Shown here: piece by piece, positions 31,329 through 40,086 of the stretch
Position numbering within the stretch: the first letter of the stretch is position 1
Layout of the letters: every line of letters begins with the position of its first letter
Origin: Nitrospirota bacterium
GTDB lineage: Bacteria > Nitrospirota > Nitrospiria > Nitrospirales > NS-4
DNA length: 64,000 nt
Direction: 5' to 3'
NCBI GenBank assembly: GCA_963788195.1
Contig: CAWBGA010000013.1
Coordinates: forward strand, 96,001 to 160,000
Program-made: the position numbers and the translations under genes
The notes under the pieces: model-generated
Databases searched by the model: none
Told to the model about the DNA's origin: nothing
What the model saw: only the letters and a program-made list of their open reading frames with translations

Positions 31329-31801
31329 AACGCTTTCATATCCATGTTGGAGTGGAAAACCTTGATGAATCTATCCGCTTTTACAGTGGGCTGTTCGGCG
31401 CGCAGCCGGTAAAAACGAAACCTGACTATGCCAAGTGGTTGCTGGACGACCCCCGCGTTAACTTCGCCATATCCACACGTGCGAAGACAAAGGGCGTCGA
31501 TCACCTTGGTATTCAGGTCGATGAAGACGCCGAATTGATAGAGTTGCGCGAACGCCTGAAGGTCGCCGACATGACCATTGTCGATGAAGGCGAAACGGTT
31601 TGCTGTTACGCCCGGTCTGAAAAATCGTGGATCCAAGATCCCGCCGGCATTCCATGGGAAGCATACCGAACGATGGAGGACGCCCAGCTATTCTCCGCTC
31701 AGCCCGATCAGGCTGAGAGTGCGTGCTGTACGCCCGAGACGATGGGAGAGCCTGACTGCTGTGAACCTTCTGAGAAAACCGCGGGGTGCTGCAACGGATG
31801 A
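31325..31801 (+). CDS. ArsI/CadI-family VOC protein (C-As lyase-like)
   Basis: MKRFHIHV, DYAKWLLDDPRVNFAIS, DHLGIQV, TVCCYARSEKSWIQDP..IPWE. Confidence 0.88.
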   Translation: MKRFHIHVGVENLDESIRFYSGLFGAQPVKTKPDYAKWLLDDPRVNFAISTRAKTKGVDHLGIQVDEDAELIELRERLKVADMTIVDEGETVCCYARSEKSWIQDPAGIPWEAYRTMEDAQLFSAQPDQAESACCTPETMGEPDCCEPSEKTAGCCNG

Positions 31802-32220
31802 AGTCCGATCCCCTCAGAGTGCTGGTCCTGTGCACGGGTAATTCATGCCGCTCCATCATGGCTGAAGCTTTGATTAATGATCTCGGCCGTGGCCGGTACC
31901 GGGGCTGGAGCGCCGGAAGTTCTCCGGCAGGATATGTTCACCCAAAATCTATTGAGACCTTAAAACGAAATGGCATTGATCCCGGTCAGCCACGGAGCAA
32001 GTCATGGGATGAGTTTGCCAACCAGTCGTTCGATCTGGTGATCACCGTGTGTGATCAGGCTGCTGGCGAAAGCTGTCCACTATTTCCCGGCAACCCAAAG
32101 AAGCTGCATTGGAGTACGCCTGACCCAGCGAAAGCGACGGGATCAGGGGCAGAGATAAACACTGCTTTTGATAACGCCTTTTTGATGCTGAAGAATCGTG
32201 TCGTGGATTTAACGAAGTGA
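31798..32220 (+). CDS. arsC: Arsenate reductase (LMW-PTP/thioredoxin type)
   Basis: [19 protein letters not shown]...[12 protein letters not shown]. Confidence 0.92.
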   Translation: MKSDPLRVLVLCTGNSCRSIMAEALINDLGRGRYRGWSAGSSPAGYVHPKSIETLKRNGIDPGQPRSKSWDEFANQSFDLVITVCDQAAGESCPLFPGNPKKLHWSTPDPAKATGSGAEINTAFDNAFLMLKNRVVDLTK

Positions 32221-33293
32221 CCTCCTCCTCGCGTCGCCTGTCGTTTCTTGACCGTTATTTGACGCTCTGGATATTTCTCGCTATGGCGGGAGGGGTGGTC
32301 ATCGGTTCTGTATTTAAGGGTGCGCCTGCCTTCCTTAACAGCCTATCGGTCGGATCGACGAACATTCCGATCGCAGTTGGCCTCATTTTGATGATGTACC
32401 CTCCCTTGGCGCGGGTCAAATATGAAGAACTGCCGCTGATATTCAGAGACTGGAAAATCCTCCTGTTGTCGCTGGTTCAGAACTGGCTGATTGGCCCTAT
32501 GCTGATGTTTGGCTTAGCCGTATTGTTCCTGCGTGACTATCCGGAATACATGACGGGGGTCATCCTGATCGGCCTCGCTCGATGCATTGCCATGGTCATT
32601 GTCTGGAATCAACTGGCCGAGGGGGACACTCAATATGTTGCGGCGCTGGTCGCCTTCAACAGCATCTTTCAGCTTTTGTTCTTTACCGTTTATGCGTGGT
32701 TTTTTCTGAGTGTTCTGCCGCCCGTGTTTGGACTGGGCGGGCACGTCGTTGAGGTCAGTTTCCGCACGATTGCGGAAAGCGTACTTATCTATCTTGGAAT
32801 TCCCTTTCTGGCGGGGTTTTTATCTCGCGTCATTCTTATTCGGCAGAAAGGCCCTGAGTGGTATGAGCAGAGTTTCCTGCCCAAAATCGGACCGGTCACG
32901 CTGATTGCGCTTCTTTTTACCATTGTTGCTATGTTTTCTCTTAAAGGAGGGATGGTGCTGAGATTGCCGGTTGATGTACTGCGCATTGCCACACCCTTGG
33001 GGATCTACTTCGTCACTATGTTCTTCGTCAGTTTCCTGATGGGCAAGGCAATCGGGGCCGACTACGGACAAACCACAGCAGCCTCTTTCACTGCCGCGAG
33101 CAACAATTTTGAGCTGGCCATTGCCGTGGCTATTGCCGCCTTTGGCTTGGGTTCATCGGTGGCCTTTGCCACGATTATCGGCCCGTTGGTCGAAGTTCCT
33201 GTCCTGATTGCTCTGGTAAACGTCGCGTTTTGGTTGCGCGCAAAACTATGGGCGCGAGTAGACCCGGAAGCCCGGCTTTCTATAGCTAGGTGA
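32217..33293 (+). CDS. acr3: Acr3 arsenite efflux transporter
   Basis: [53 protein letters not shown]. Confidence 0.95.
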   Translation: MTSSSRRLSFLDRYLTLWIFLAMAGGVVIGSVFKGAPAFLNSLSVGSTNIPIAVGLILMMYPPLARVKYEELPLIFRDWKILLLSLVQNWLIGPMLMFGLAVLFLRDYPEYMTGVILIGLARCIAMVIVWNQLAEGDTQYVAALVAFNSIFQLLFFTVYAWFFLSVLPPVFGLGGHVVEVSFRTIAESVLIYLGIPFLAGFLSRVILIRQKGPEWYEQSFLPKIGPVTLIALLFTIVAMFSLKGGMVLRLPVDVLRIATPLGIYFVTMFFVSFLMGKAIGADYGQTTAASFTAASNNFELAIAVAIAAFGLGSSVAFATIIGPLVEVPVLIALVNVAFWLRAKLWARVDPEARLSIAR

Positions 33294-33649
33294 CTGTTCT
33301 GTCTCGTATGAGAGGGTGACTAATCTGCCTGAAGCGCTACTAGCAGTTGATCTGTTGCTGCCGTGAAGGCGATCTTCGCCAACGTCGATGGCGGAGGATT
33401 GAACTAATAATCTGCAGCACATCACTCTTATCTGGGCCTCCGCGATACCTTATTCCGCGTTAACTGAATCCAACCTATGAAGCTGATCGCTTTAATTTCT
33501 TTTTAATAACCTAGGAGAATGATCTAGGTGAAACCTCTTCAAGCTAGTACAATGGCCTTTCATTGAAAGTATCCCTATGCAGCCGCCAGGCCGGCTCGTC
33601 CCCGGGATCGGTAGATTAACATTCACAAGTTTTCCAAGGAGATGCTGCG

Positions 33650-33790
33650 ATGGTCGAGGTTATCAGCGGTGCGTTTCTTGTCGCCCTCATTTGGCTCATA
33701 ACATATGGAATGTCTGCAACGGACTCCAAACAGCAGGATGTGTCGATGCCCCGGAATGAAGAATCCCCGACGACGAGGCGCGCGGCGTGA
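33650..33790 (+). CDS. Small single-TM protein (46 aa), not in the ORF track
   Basis: SD AAGGAG at 33636-33641, 8 nt before ATG; MVEVISGAFLVALIWLITYGMSATDSKQQDVSMPRNEESPTTRRAA*. Confidence 0.6.
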   Translation: MVEVISGAFLVALIWLITYGMSATDSKQQDVSMPRNEESPTTRRAA

Positions 33791-33808
33791 CGCGCTATGC
33801 CAGTGGGC

Positions 33809-33980
33809 CACCCCTTGCCTTCAATTGCAAGGGGTCGAAATAATTCCAGCGAGGGCGGGTGCCACGGGAAAAGCGGCTGTCTTGGCAGCCGCGGGGTCTA
33901 ACGGGAAGCGCTGTCTTGGCAGGGCGGGTGCCACGGGAAAAGCGGCTGTCTTGGCAGCCGCGGGGTGGGCGGGTGGAATG
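33809..33980 (+). repeat. Intergenic hairpin-repeat cluster A
   Basis: 46-bp exact direct repeat at 33852-33897 and 33921-33966; three TGTCTTGGCA cores; ACCCCTTGC/GCAAGGGGT hairpin. Confidence 0.9.
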
Positions 33981-33986
33981 TGACGC

Positions 33987-34490
33987 TCAGAGGACGTCAT
34001 AGGCTGCCCGCATGGCTTCACCGCCAACGATGCGATAGGCGTTGAGGACAGGCGTTGTAGGATTCTCAAGCGAGATGATCAGATGCACCGGCTCGGCGAG
34101 ATTCAACACCGTGCGCACAGACTCGAAGTCCGTCGCGTTCCGAATATCGGTGACTGACGGCCGCGAGGGACTCTGCGGATGGGAATGATAGATCACTTGT
34201 AGGTCCAGCGCGTTTGTGCGCATATCCTTGAAAGCCAGCGACATCTCTCGGGCGTCCATGACGAAGGCGATCTCGGCGCGCTCCTCCGGGGTCAGTTGTT
34301 GAAGATGACTGACTTTGGCGGCATCAAAGTTCGCGATCTCTGCGCCCTCGCTGGCCACGATGTTTGTGATCTTGTAGTGCCGCGTCACGCGCATTTTCTG
34401 TCCTGCCAGTAGACCGCAACATTCGTGGGGCGAAGCGGCTTTTGCCTCGGCCACCATCGTGTCGATGATCTGTCGTGGAATAATCAGCAC
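33987..34490 (-). CDS. JAB/JAMM (Mov34/M67) metallopeptidase, Mec-like
   Basis: PHECCGLLAG and YHSHPQSPSRPSVTD (E, HxH, S, D catalytic set). Confidence 0.88.
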   Translation of the reverse strand: MLIIPRQIIDTMVAEAKAASPHECCGLLAGQKMRVTRHYKITNIVASEGAEIANFDAAKVSHLQQLTPEERAEIAFVMDAREMSLAFKDMRTNALDLQVIYHSHPQSPSRPSVTDIRNATDFESVRTVLNLAEPVHLIISLENPTTPVLNAYRIVGGEAMRAAYDVL

Positions 34491-34506
34491 GAACGCAGCG
34501 GAAGGG

Positions 34507-35316
34507 CTAGAGCGCGCAAGAGACTTCGTAATTTCCTGACAGGTCGCGAATGCGGGGATTTGAGCCGCACAGCGCGCAGGCGGGATCTTTGGGAACGCGG
34601 GTCTTGCGGAAGGTCATCTCCAGGGCGTCATACATCAGGATTGAACCGGCCAAAGAGGTCCCGGCCCCGACGATTTCTTTCAGGCACTCGGCGGCTTGTA
34701 AGGTTCCGATGGTGCCGGCCAGGACACCAAGCACTCCTGCTTCCTGACAGTTGGGGACCAGTCCCGCGGGCGGGGGCTCAGCATACAGGCACCGATAGCA
34801 GGGGAAGCCGTCCGCCGGTTTCAATGTGGTCAACTGACCTTCGAACCGAAAGATGCTTCCGGAGATCAACGGCTTGCCGGCGAAGAAGCATGCGTCATTC
34901 ACGAGATAGCGGGTCGTAAAATTATCCGATCCATCCAGAACCAGATCGTAGTCAGCGAGAATCTTCATAATGTTGTCGGCGGCAATATTCATGGGATACG
35001 GATTGACCGTAACGTCGGGGTTGATGGCATTCAGCATGGTCCGTCCGGACTCCACCTTGAGTTGCCCGATCGTGTCCGTGGAGTGCAAAATCTGGCGTTG
35101 CAAATTCGACAGATCGACGACATCGCTGTCCACCAAGCCGATGGTGCCGATCCCCGCGGCAGCGAGATACAGGGCCGCGGGGCAGCCCAGGCCTCCGGCT
35201 CCGATGATCAGCACCTTGGCGGACGCCAGCTTTTTCTGGCCCTTTCCGCCGACCTCCGCCAGAATAATGTGGCGGCTGTAGCGCTCGATCTGGGTGTCGG
35301 TAAAGTCCACGCTCAC
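34507..35316 (-). CDS. MoeB/ThiF-family E1-like adenylyltransferase, copy 2 (no rhodanese domain)
   Basis: RYSRHIIL, IGAGGLG, DVVDLSNLQRQILH, DGSDNF, CYRC, NCQEAGVLG, CALC. Confidence 0.92.
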   Translation of the reverse strand: MSVDFTDTQIERYSRHIILAEVGGKGQKKLASAKVLIIGAGGLGCPAALYLAAAGIGTIGLVDSDVVDLSNLQRQILHSTDTIGQLKVESGRTMLNAINPDVTVNPYPMNIAADNIMKILADYDLVLDGSDNFTTRYLVNDACFFAGKPLISGSIFRFEGQLTTLKPADGFPCYRCLYAEPPPAGLVPNCQEAGVLGVLAGTIGTLQAAECLKEIVGAGTSLAGSILMYDALEMTFRKTRVPKDPACALCGSNPRIRDLSGNYEVSCAL

Positions 35317-35561
35317 TCCACCACGTTCAGTTCAATCGGATCAACGATGATGCCTTTATCCCTGATGCCCTCGATGGCGCGTTCGATTTCCCCTGGATCA
35401 CCCGCAAACTCGACATCGATCCAGCCTGTTGTCTCGCGCACATCAGCCCGGCGAATGTTGGTATCAACCTTGGGGAATTCTCGATTGATGCGACAGAGGA
35501 CCGGTTCCTTGATCTTCTCCTCAGGGAATCGCAGATGAAAGCGCAGGTGTGCCATCAGCAT
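35313..35561 (-). CDS. Stand-alone NIL-domain protein
   Basis: LRFPEEKIKEPVL...TNIRRADV...GWIDVEF. Confidence 0.8.
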   Translation of the reverse strand: MLMAHLRFHLRFPEEKIKEPVLCRINREFPKVDTNIRRADVRETTGWIDVEFAGDPGEIERAIEGIRDKGIIVDPIELNVVE

Positions 35562-35570
35562 GGCCTCCCG

Positions 35571-35640
35571 AAGGGGACAGGCTACTCCGGTTCATCAGCC
35601 TGCAGCCCAAGACTGTTCCCGCCAAAAGTTGCCTGTCCCC
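35571..35640. repeat. Short inverted-repeat element (MITE/REP-like), copy 1
   Basis: GGGGACAGGCTACT ... AGTTGCCTGTCCCC; same arms as 59539-59616 in the opposite orientation. Confidence 0.75.
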
Positions 35641-35974
35641 GATGCTCCTGCCCATGCACCCGCCCACCAACTGCTGACCAAGGCCCGGCCCCTGTTGACC
35701 GCCTCCCCCCTGCAATGGCCGGCACGATTGAAATCTGGTCGCCGTCTTTGATCAATGTTTCCTTTCCCGACAGAAAACGGATGTCTTCCTCATTCAAATA
35801 GATGTTCACAAATCGTCGAATTTCTCCGGCCTCGTCGCAGATTCGGCCTTTTAAGCCGGGAAATTGCCCGTTCAAAGAATCAATCATGGACTGGATATCG
35901 ACAGCCTGGGTTTCGACCTCGCCTTTTCCGCCGGTCAGGGGTCGTAGTGGAGTGGGAATACGGACCTTTACCAT
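35582..35974 (-). CDS. MoaD/ThiS/CysO ubiquitin-like sulfur carrier with a 40-aa tail after the GG
   Basis: VRIPTPLR, RRFVNIYLNEEDIRF, DGDQISIVPAIAGG at residues 77-90, then 40 further codons. Confidence 0.88.
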   Translation of the reverse strand: MVKVRIPTPLRPLTGGKGEVETQAVDIQSMIDSLNGQFPGLKGRICDEAGEIRRFVNIYLNEEDIRFLSGKETLIKDGDQISIVPAIAGGRRSTGAGPWSAVGGRVHGQEHRGQATFGGNSLGLQADEPE

Positions 35975-35992
35975 GTGATTGAATCCGCGCCG

Positions 35993-37240
35993 TCAACCCT
36001 GAGACGGGGCCAAGTTGAATGTTTTCTGGAACTGCACCAGGCTCGGAGAAATACGCGTCGGCCGGCCGACGGCATTGATGATCGCATCCTGTGTCTTGAG
36101 GCCGTTCCCGGTTATCAGCGCGACCGTGACATCATGTCGCTTGATAATGCCCTGTTTCGCAAGTTTTTTGAGCACGCCTACAGTTACTCCTCCCGCGGTT
36201 TCGGCAAAAATCCCTTCGGTTTGCGCGAGCAGAGTCATGCCATCGACAATCTCCTCATCCGTCACGGTTTCCATCGCGCCGCCGCTCTCGGCAGTCGCCT
36301 TGAGGGCATAATAGCCATCCGCCGGATTTCCAATCGCGAGAGACTTGGCAATCGTCTTGGGCTTCACCGGCTTAAAAAAGTCCCGCCCCTGCTTGTAGGC
36401 GGCGGCGATGGGCGAGCATCCCTCCGCCTGCGCCCCATGGACGCGGCTGTGCATGTCGGTCACCAATCCGAGCTTCTGCATCTCATTGAGGCCTTTCCAG
36501 ATTTTCGTCAACAGCGAACCGGACGCCATTGGAACGACCACGTGATCCGGGGCCACCCAATCCAATTGCTCGACGACCTCATAGGCGAGGGTTTTTGAGC
36601 CTTCGGAGTAGTAGGGGCGGATGTTGACATTCACGAACGCCCAATGCTGCTCCCCGGCGATCTCACTGCACAGGCGGTTCACGTCATCGTAGCTGCCTTC
36701 TACCTCCACCACATTGGGGCGGTACACGAGATTTCCGAGCACCTTGGCCGCCTCCAGGTCATGAGGGATAAACACATAACATTGCATCTTGGCTGAGGCC
36801 GCATGTGCGGCGACCGAGTTCGCCAGATTCCCCGTCGACGCGCAGGCCACGGTCTCGTAGCCGAGCTCACGGGCACGAGTGAGCGCCACCGCCACGACGC
36901 GGTCCTTAAACGAAAGCGTCGGATGATTCACGGTGTCGTTTTTGACATAGAGTTGGTCCAGGCCCAGCTCGTCCCCTAAGTTTTTCGCGCGGACGAGCGG
37001 GGTAAAGCCGGCATGCAGCCCGATAGTCGGCTCGCCTTGGATCGGCAAGAGATCCACATAGCGCCAGAGGCTTTTGGGCCCATTCTCAATCTTTTTGCGC
37101 GTGAGACTGGCTTGGATCTGTTTGTAGTCATACTGGACCTCAAGCGGTCCGAAGCAAAGCTCACAGACATGCAGAGACACGGCGGGATATTCTTTTCCGC
37201 ACTCCCGGCAGATCAAGCCTTTCATCTTGGGCGGTGTCAT
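35993..37240 (-). CDS. thrC: Threonine synthase-family PLP enzyme
   Basis: N-terminal CxxC..CxxC, HPTLSFKDR, CASTGNLA, EGSKTLAYE, ITGNGLKT. Confidence 0.85.
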   Translation of the reverse strand: MTPPKMKGLICRECGKEYPAVSLHVCELCFGPLEVQYDYKQIQASLTRKKIENGPKSLWRYVDLLPIQGEPTIGLHAGFTPLVRAKNLGDELGLDQLYVKNDTVNHPTLSFKDRVVAVALTRARELGYETVACASTGNLANSVAAHAASAKMQCYVFIPHDLEAAKVLGNLVYRPNVVEVEGSYDDVNRLCSEIAGEQHWAFVNVNIRPYYSEGSKTLAYEVVEQLDWVAPDHVVVPMASGSLLTKIWKGLNEMQKLGLVTDMHSRVHGAQAEGCSPIAAAYKQGRDFFKPVKPKTIAKSLAIGNPADGYYALKATAESGGAMETVTDEEIVDGMTLLAQTEGIFAETAGGVTVGVLKKLAKQGIIKRHDVTVALITGNGLKTQDAIINAVGRPTRISPSLVQFQKTFNLAPSQG

Positions 37241-37247
37241 ACGTTCC

Positions 37248-38066
37248 CTAGGCGGTCTTTATCGCGCAGACTTCGAGTTCGTGCTCCACCAACCGGGTGA
37301 TCGTGGGCTGCTCGCCGCACAGCGCGCACGCGGGATTTTTTACGATCCGGATCTCGCGAAAGCGCGTCAACCGAGCGTCGTAATCGAGGAGACGATCGGT
37401 TAACAGGCGACCGCGGCCCAGGATGAGCTTCAGGACTTCGGTGGCCTGTAGGGTGCCGATCACCCCGGCAAGCGCCCCGATGACTCCGGCCTCCTGGCAG
37501 CTTGCGACTAACCCGGCAGGTGGAGGCTGCTTGAACACGCACCGATAGCAGGCGCTCTTTCCCGGTACGATCGTGAAGACCCGGCCGTCAAACCGGAGGA
37601 TCGCGCCGTGCACCAGCGGCTTTTTGGCGAAGAAACAGGCGTCGTTGATCAAGAACTTCCCGGGAAAGTTATCGACGCCATCCACCACGATGTCATACCC
37701 GGCGATAATCTCCAGGGCGTTGTCGGCATTGAGTCGCGTATAGTGGGTCTCGACGGTGACATGAGGGTTAAGCGCCAAGATTTTGGCCTTGGCGGAGTCG
37801 ACTTTAGGGCGTCCAATGTCCGGCGTCTGGTGGATGATCTGTCGTTGCAGGTTCGAGAGGTCCACGACGTCACTATCAACAAGGCCAATCGTTCCAACCC
37901 CGGCGGCGGCCAGATAAAAGGCGACCGGTGAACCCAAGCCGCCTGTGCCGACCACCAGAACTTTTGCCTGCCCGATCCTGGACTGTCCCTTGCCGCCGAC
38001 CTCGGGCAAAAGGATGTGGCGGCTATAACGGGTAACTTGTTCTTCTGAGTCCGTTGAGAAAGACAT
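37248..38066 (-). CDS. MoeB/ThiF-family E1-like adenylyltransferase, copy 1 (no rhodanese domain)
   Basis: RYSRHILLPEVG, GTGGLGSP, SNLQRQII, CYRC, SCQEAGVIG, CALC. Confidence 0.92.
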   Translation of the reverse strand: MSFSTDSEEQVTRYSRHILLPEVGGKGQSRIGQAKVLVVGTGGLGSPVAFYLAAAGVGTIGLVDSDVVDLSNLQRQIIHQTPDIGRPKVDSAKAKILALNPHVTVETHYTRLNADNALEIIAGYDIVVDGVDNFPGKFLINDACFFAKKPLVHGAILRFDGRVFTIVPGKSACYRCVFKQPPPAGLVASCQEAGVIGALAGVIGTLQATEVLKLILGRGRLLTDRLLDYDARLTRFREIRIVKNPACALCGEQPTITRLVEHELEVCAIKTA

Positions 38067-38083
38067 TGGTGTCCGGCCGCTGA

Positions 38084-39010
38084 CTAGATATTAAAGTATT
38101 TTTCGATGCTGATGTAGCGCTCGCCGGTGTCGCATAACACCGTCACGACATTTTTGCCCGGTCCGAGCTCGGCGGCGACCTTCTGAGCAGCGGCGACATT
38201 GGCTCCCGAGGAGATCCCTACAAGCAGTCCTTCCTTTTTGGCAAGAAGTTTCGCCGTTTGATAGGCCTCGTCGTCGGTGACAGTCAGAACCCCATCCAGG
38301 ATCGATTTGTTGAGGACCTTGGGAATAAAGCCCGCCCCGATTCCCTGGATCCGATGCGGCCCAGGGTCGCCTCCGGAGAGGACCGGCGAGCCCGCCGGCT
38401 CAACAGCAAGGATGCGAATCTTGGGGTTCCGCTCCTTGAAGACCTCGCCGCAGCCCGTAATGGTTCCACCGGTGCCTACCGCCGCCACAAACGCGTCGAA
38501 CCGCCCCTCCATCGCTTCCCAGATCTCCACCGCGGTGGTCTTGCGGTGCATGGCGGGATTCGCCGGATTTGAAAATTGCTCCGGCATGAAATAGTCAGGG
38601 TTCGCGCTCACGAGCGTTTCGGTCTCCTTGATGGAACCTTTCATGCCCTCCCACGCGGCCGTCAGGACCAACTGGGCGCCGTAGGACGACAGCAAACTGG
38701 CCCGTTCCATGCTCATGCTTTCCGGCATCACCAAGATGAGCTTGTACCCCCGGATGGCCGAGATCAGTGCGAGGCCGATGCCCGTATTGCCGCTGGTGGC
38801 CTCTACAATCGTTCCCCCTGGCTTCAGCCGGCCCTGTCGTTCGGCCTCATCGATCATATTCAGGCAAATCCGATCCTTGACCGAACCCCCGGGGTTGAAA
38901 TACTCGACCTTGGCATAGATGGTCGCGCTACCCTCTTTCGACAGCCGGTTGAGTCGGACTAAGGGTGTGCAACCAATAAGTTCAGTGATGGAATCGTGCC
39001 GAAGGTGCAT
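38084..39010 (-). CDS. cysK: Cysteine synthase A family
   Basis: NPGGSVKDR, EATSGNTGI, QFSNPAN, GTGGT, PHRIQGIGAG, GISSGA, DTGERY. Confidence 0.93.
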   Translation of the reverse strand: MHLRHDSITELIGCTPLVRLNRLSKEGSATIYAKVEYFNPGGSVKDRICLNMIDEAERQGRLKPGGTIVEATSGNTGIGLALISAIRGYKLILVMPESMSMERASLLSSYGAQLVLTAAWEGMKGSIKETETLVSANPDYFMPEQFSNPANPAMHRKTTAVEIWEAMEGRFDAFVAAVGTGGTITGCGEVFKERNPKIRILAVEPAGSPVLSGGDPGPHRIQGIGAGFIPKVLNKSILDGVLTVTDDEAYQTAKLLAKKEGLLVGISSGANVAAAQKVAAELGPGKNVVTVLCDTGERYISIEKYFNI

Positions 39011-39211
39011 CTAGGCGCCTCCACCCATGTAGAAGAGAAGCTCAAGGGCGTCGCCGTCTTTGAGGGCAGTGCTTCCCAATTCGTCTCGTTCAAGGATCCT
39101 TGAGTTCAATTCTACCGCCACCATCTGCGGTTCAACCTCTTTGGCTCTCAGCATCTCCAACACCGTGCCGCCCGCGACCTCCTCGGCTTTCCCGTTGATC
39201 GTCACTCGCAT
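39011..39211 (-). CDS. thiS: ThiS-family sulfur carrier ending GGGA
   Basis: MRVTING...VAVELN...LKDGDALELLFYMGGGA*. Confidence 0.85.
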   Translation of the reverse strand: MRVTINGKAEEVAGGTVLEMLRAKEVEPQMVAVELNSRILERDELGSTALKDGDALELLFYMGGGA

Positions 39212-39306
39212 AAAAATGGAATCCGTGACTGAGTTTAAGGCAATAGGAATGGTTGTTGACTTTAGCCAAGGCGGACCGTCATTGTCAAGAAACGAGGCCC
39301 TTCGCG

Positions 39307-39335
39307 TTGACATAGGCCCAGGTATTTCCTATAAT
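39307..39335 (+). promoter_or_regulatory. Perfect-consensus sigma70 promoter
   Basis: TTGACA(39307)-17 bp-TATAAT(39330-39335), upstream of the pgsA-like gene and divergent from thiS. Confidence 0.8.
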
Positions 39336-39367
39336 TTTTCTTCTCCTGACGGTGGCCCCAGGAGCGC

Positions 39368-39904
39368 ATGAATCTTCCCAATTCGCTGACCGTTTTCCGT
39401 ATCCTCCTCATCCCTTTCTTTGTTGGATTTCTGATCTACGGACGCTATGGAGCGGCCTTGATGGCCCTCATCATAGCCGGGATTACGGACATTCTCGACG
39501 GCGTTATTGCCCGGATGGCAAACCAGCGAACGAAGCTCGGGGCGCATCTTGATCCGGTCGCGGACAAGCTGCTTTTGACCTCTGCATTTGTGACGCTTTC
39601 GATCCTACAGTTAGTGCCCATCTGGGTCGCGATTATCATTCTGAGCCGGGATCTTATCATCGTCACCGGCACGCTGCTGCTCTATTTGACCCAGACGCCG
39701 ATGGAGGTGGCTCCAACAGTGCTTGGCAAGGGCACGACATTGGCCCAACTCCTCTACCTCGCCCTCGTCCTGGTCTTGCTTTATCTGCACCGGGACATCT
39801 CTCTCTTGACGCCGCTCTTAAGTGTCATGCTGGTGCTTACGGTAGCTTCGGGGCTCCAGTACGTGTATCGCGGAATCCGCGCCTACCGGCCACGTCTCGT
39901 GTAA
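39368..39904 (+). CDS. CDP-alcohol phosphatidyltransferase (PgsA-like)
   Basis: NLPNSLTVFRI and TDILDGVIAR...TKLGAHLDPVADK signature. Confidence 0.9.
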   Translation: MNLPNSLTVFRILLIPFFVGFLIYGRYGAALMALIIAGITDILDGVIARMANQRTKLGAHLDPVADKLLLTSAFVTLSILQLVPIWVAIIILSRDLIIVTGTLLLYLTQTPMEVAPTVLGKGTTLAQLLYLALVLVLLYLHRDISLLTPLLSVMLVLTVASGLQYVYRGIRAYRPRLV

Positions 39905-39967
39905 CAAGTTTTCGTCCGCTCCTGAGTCGGCCGCATACTCATCCATAAAATTATGTAGGGACAAAAA

Positions 39968-39996
39968 TTGACAATGGGTCGAGAAAGTCCTAGACT
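39968..39996 (+). promoter_or_regulatory. Sigma70 promoter of the pil operon
   Basis: TTGACA-17 bp-TAGACT about 90 bp upstream of pilB. Confidence 0.55.
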
Positions 39997-40086
39997 TTGG
40001 ATGCGGGTAGGTATTCAACCCTATGAAGTCGTGGACTTGCGTTGACGTACCCCGGTTAGACTTTTTTTGGTAAAGCGGAGCACGGC

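Noticed and set aside
33852..33966. Direct repeats here and at 54.9 kb as a CRISPR array
   Set aside because: Only 2-3 units, no unique spacers of regular length (intervening DNA is itself repeat-derived), and no cas genes in the window.
33705..34069. ORFs with repeated peptides (RAGATGKAAVLAAAG and its antisense)
   Set aside because: These are translations of the DNA repeat cluster, with no SD or protein-like features.
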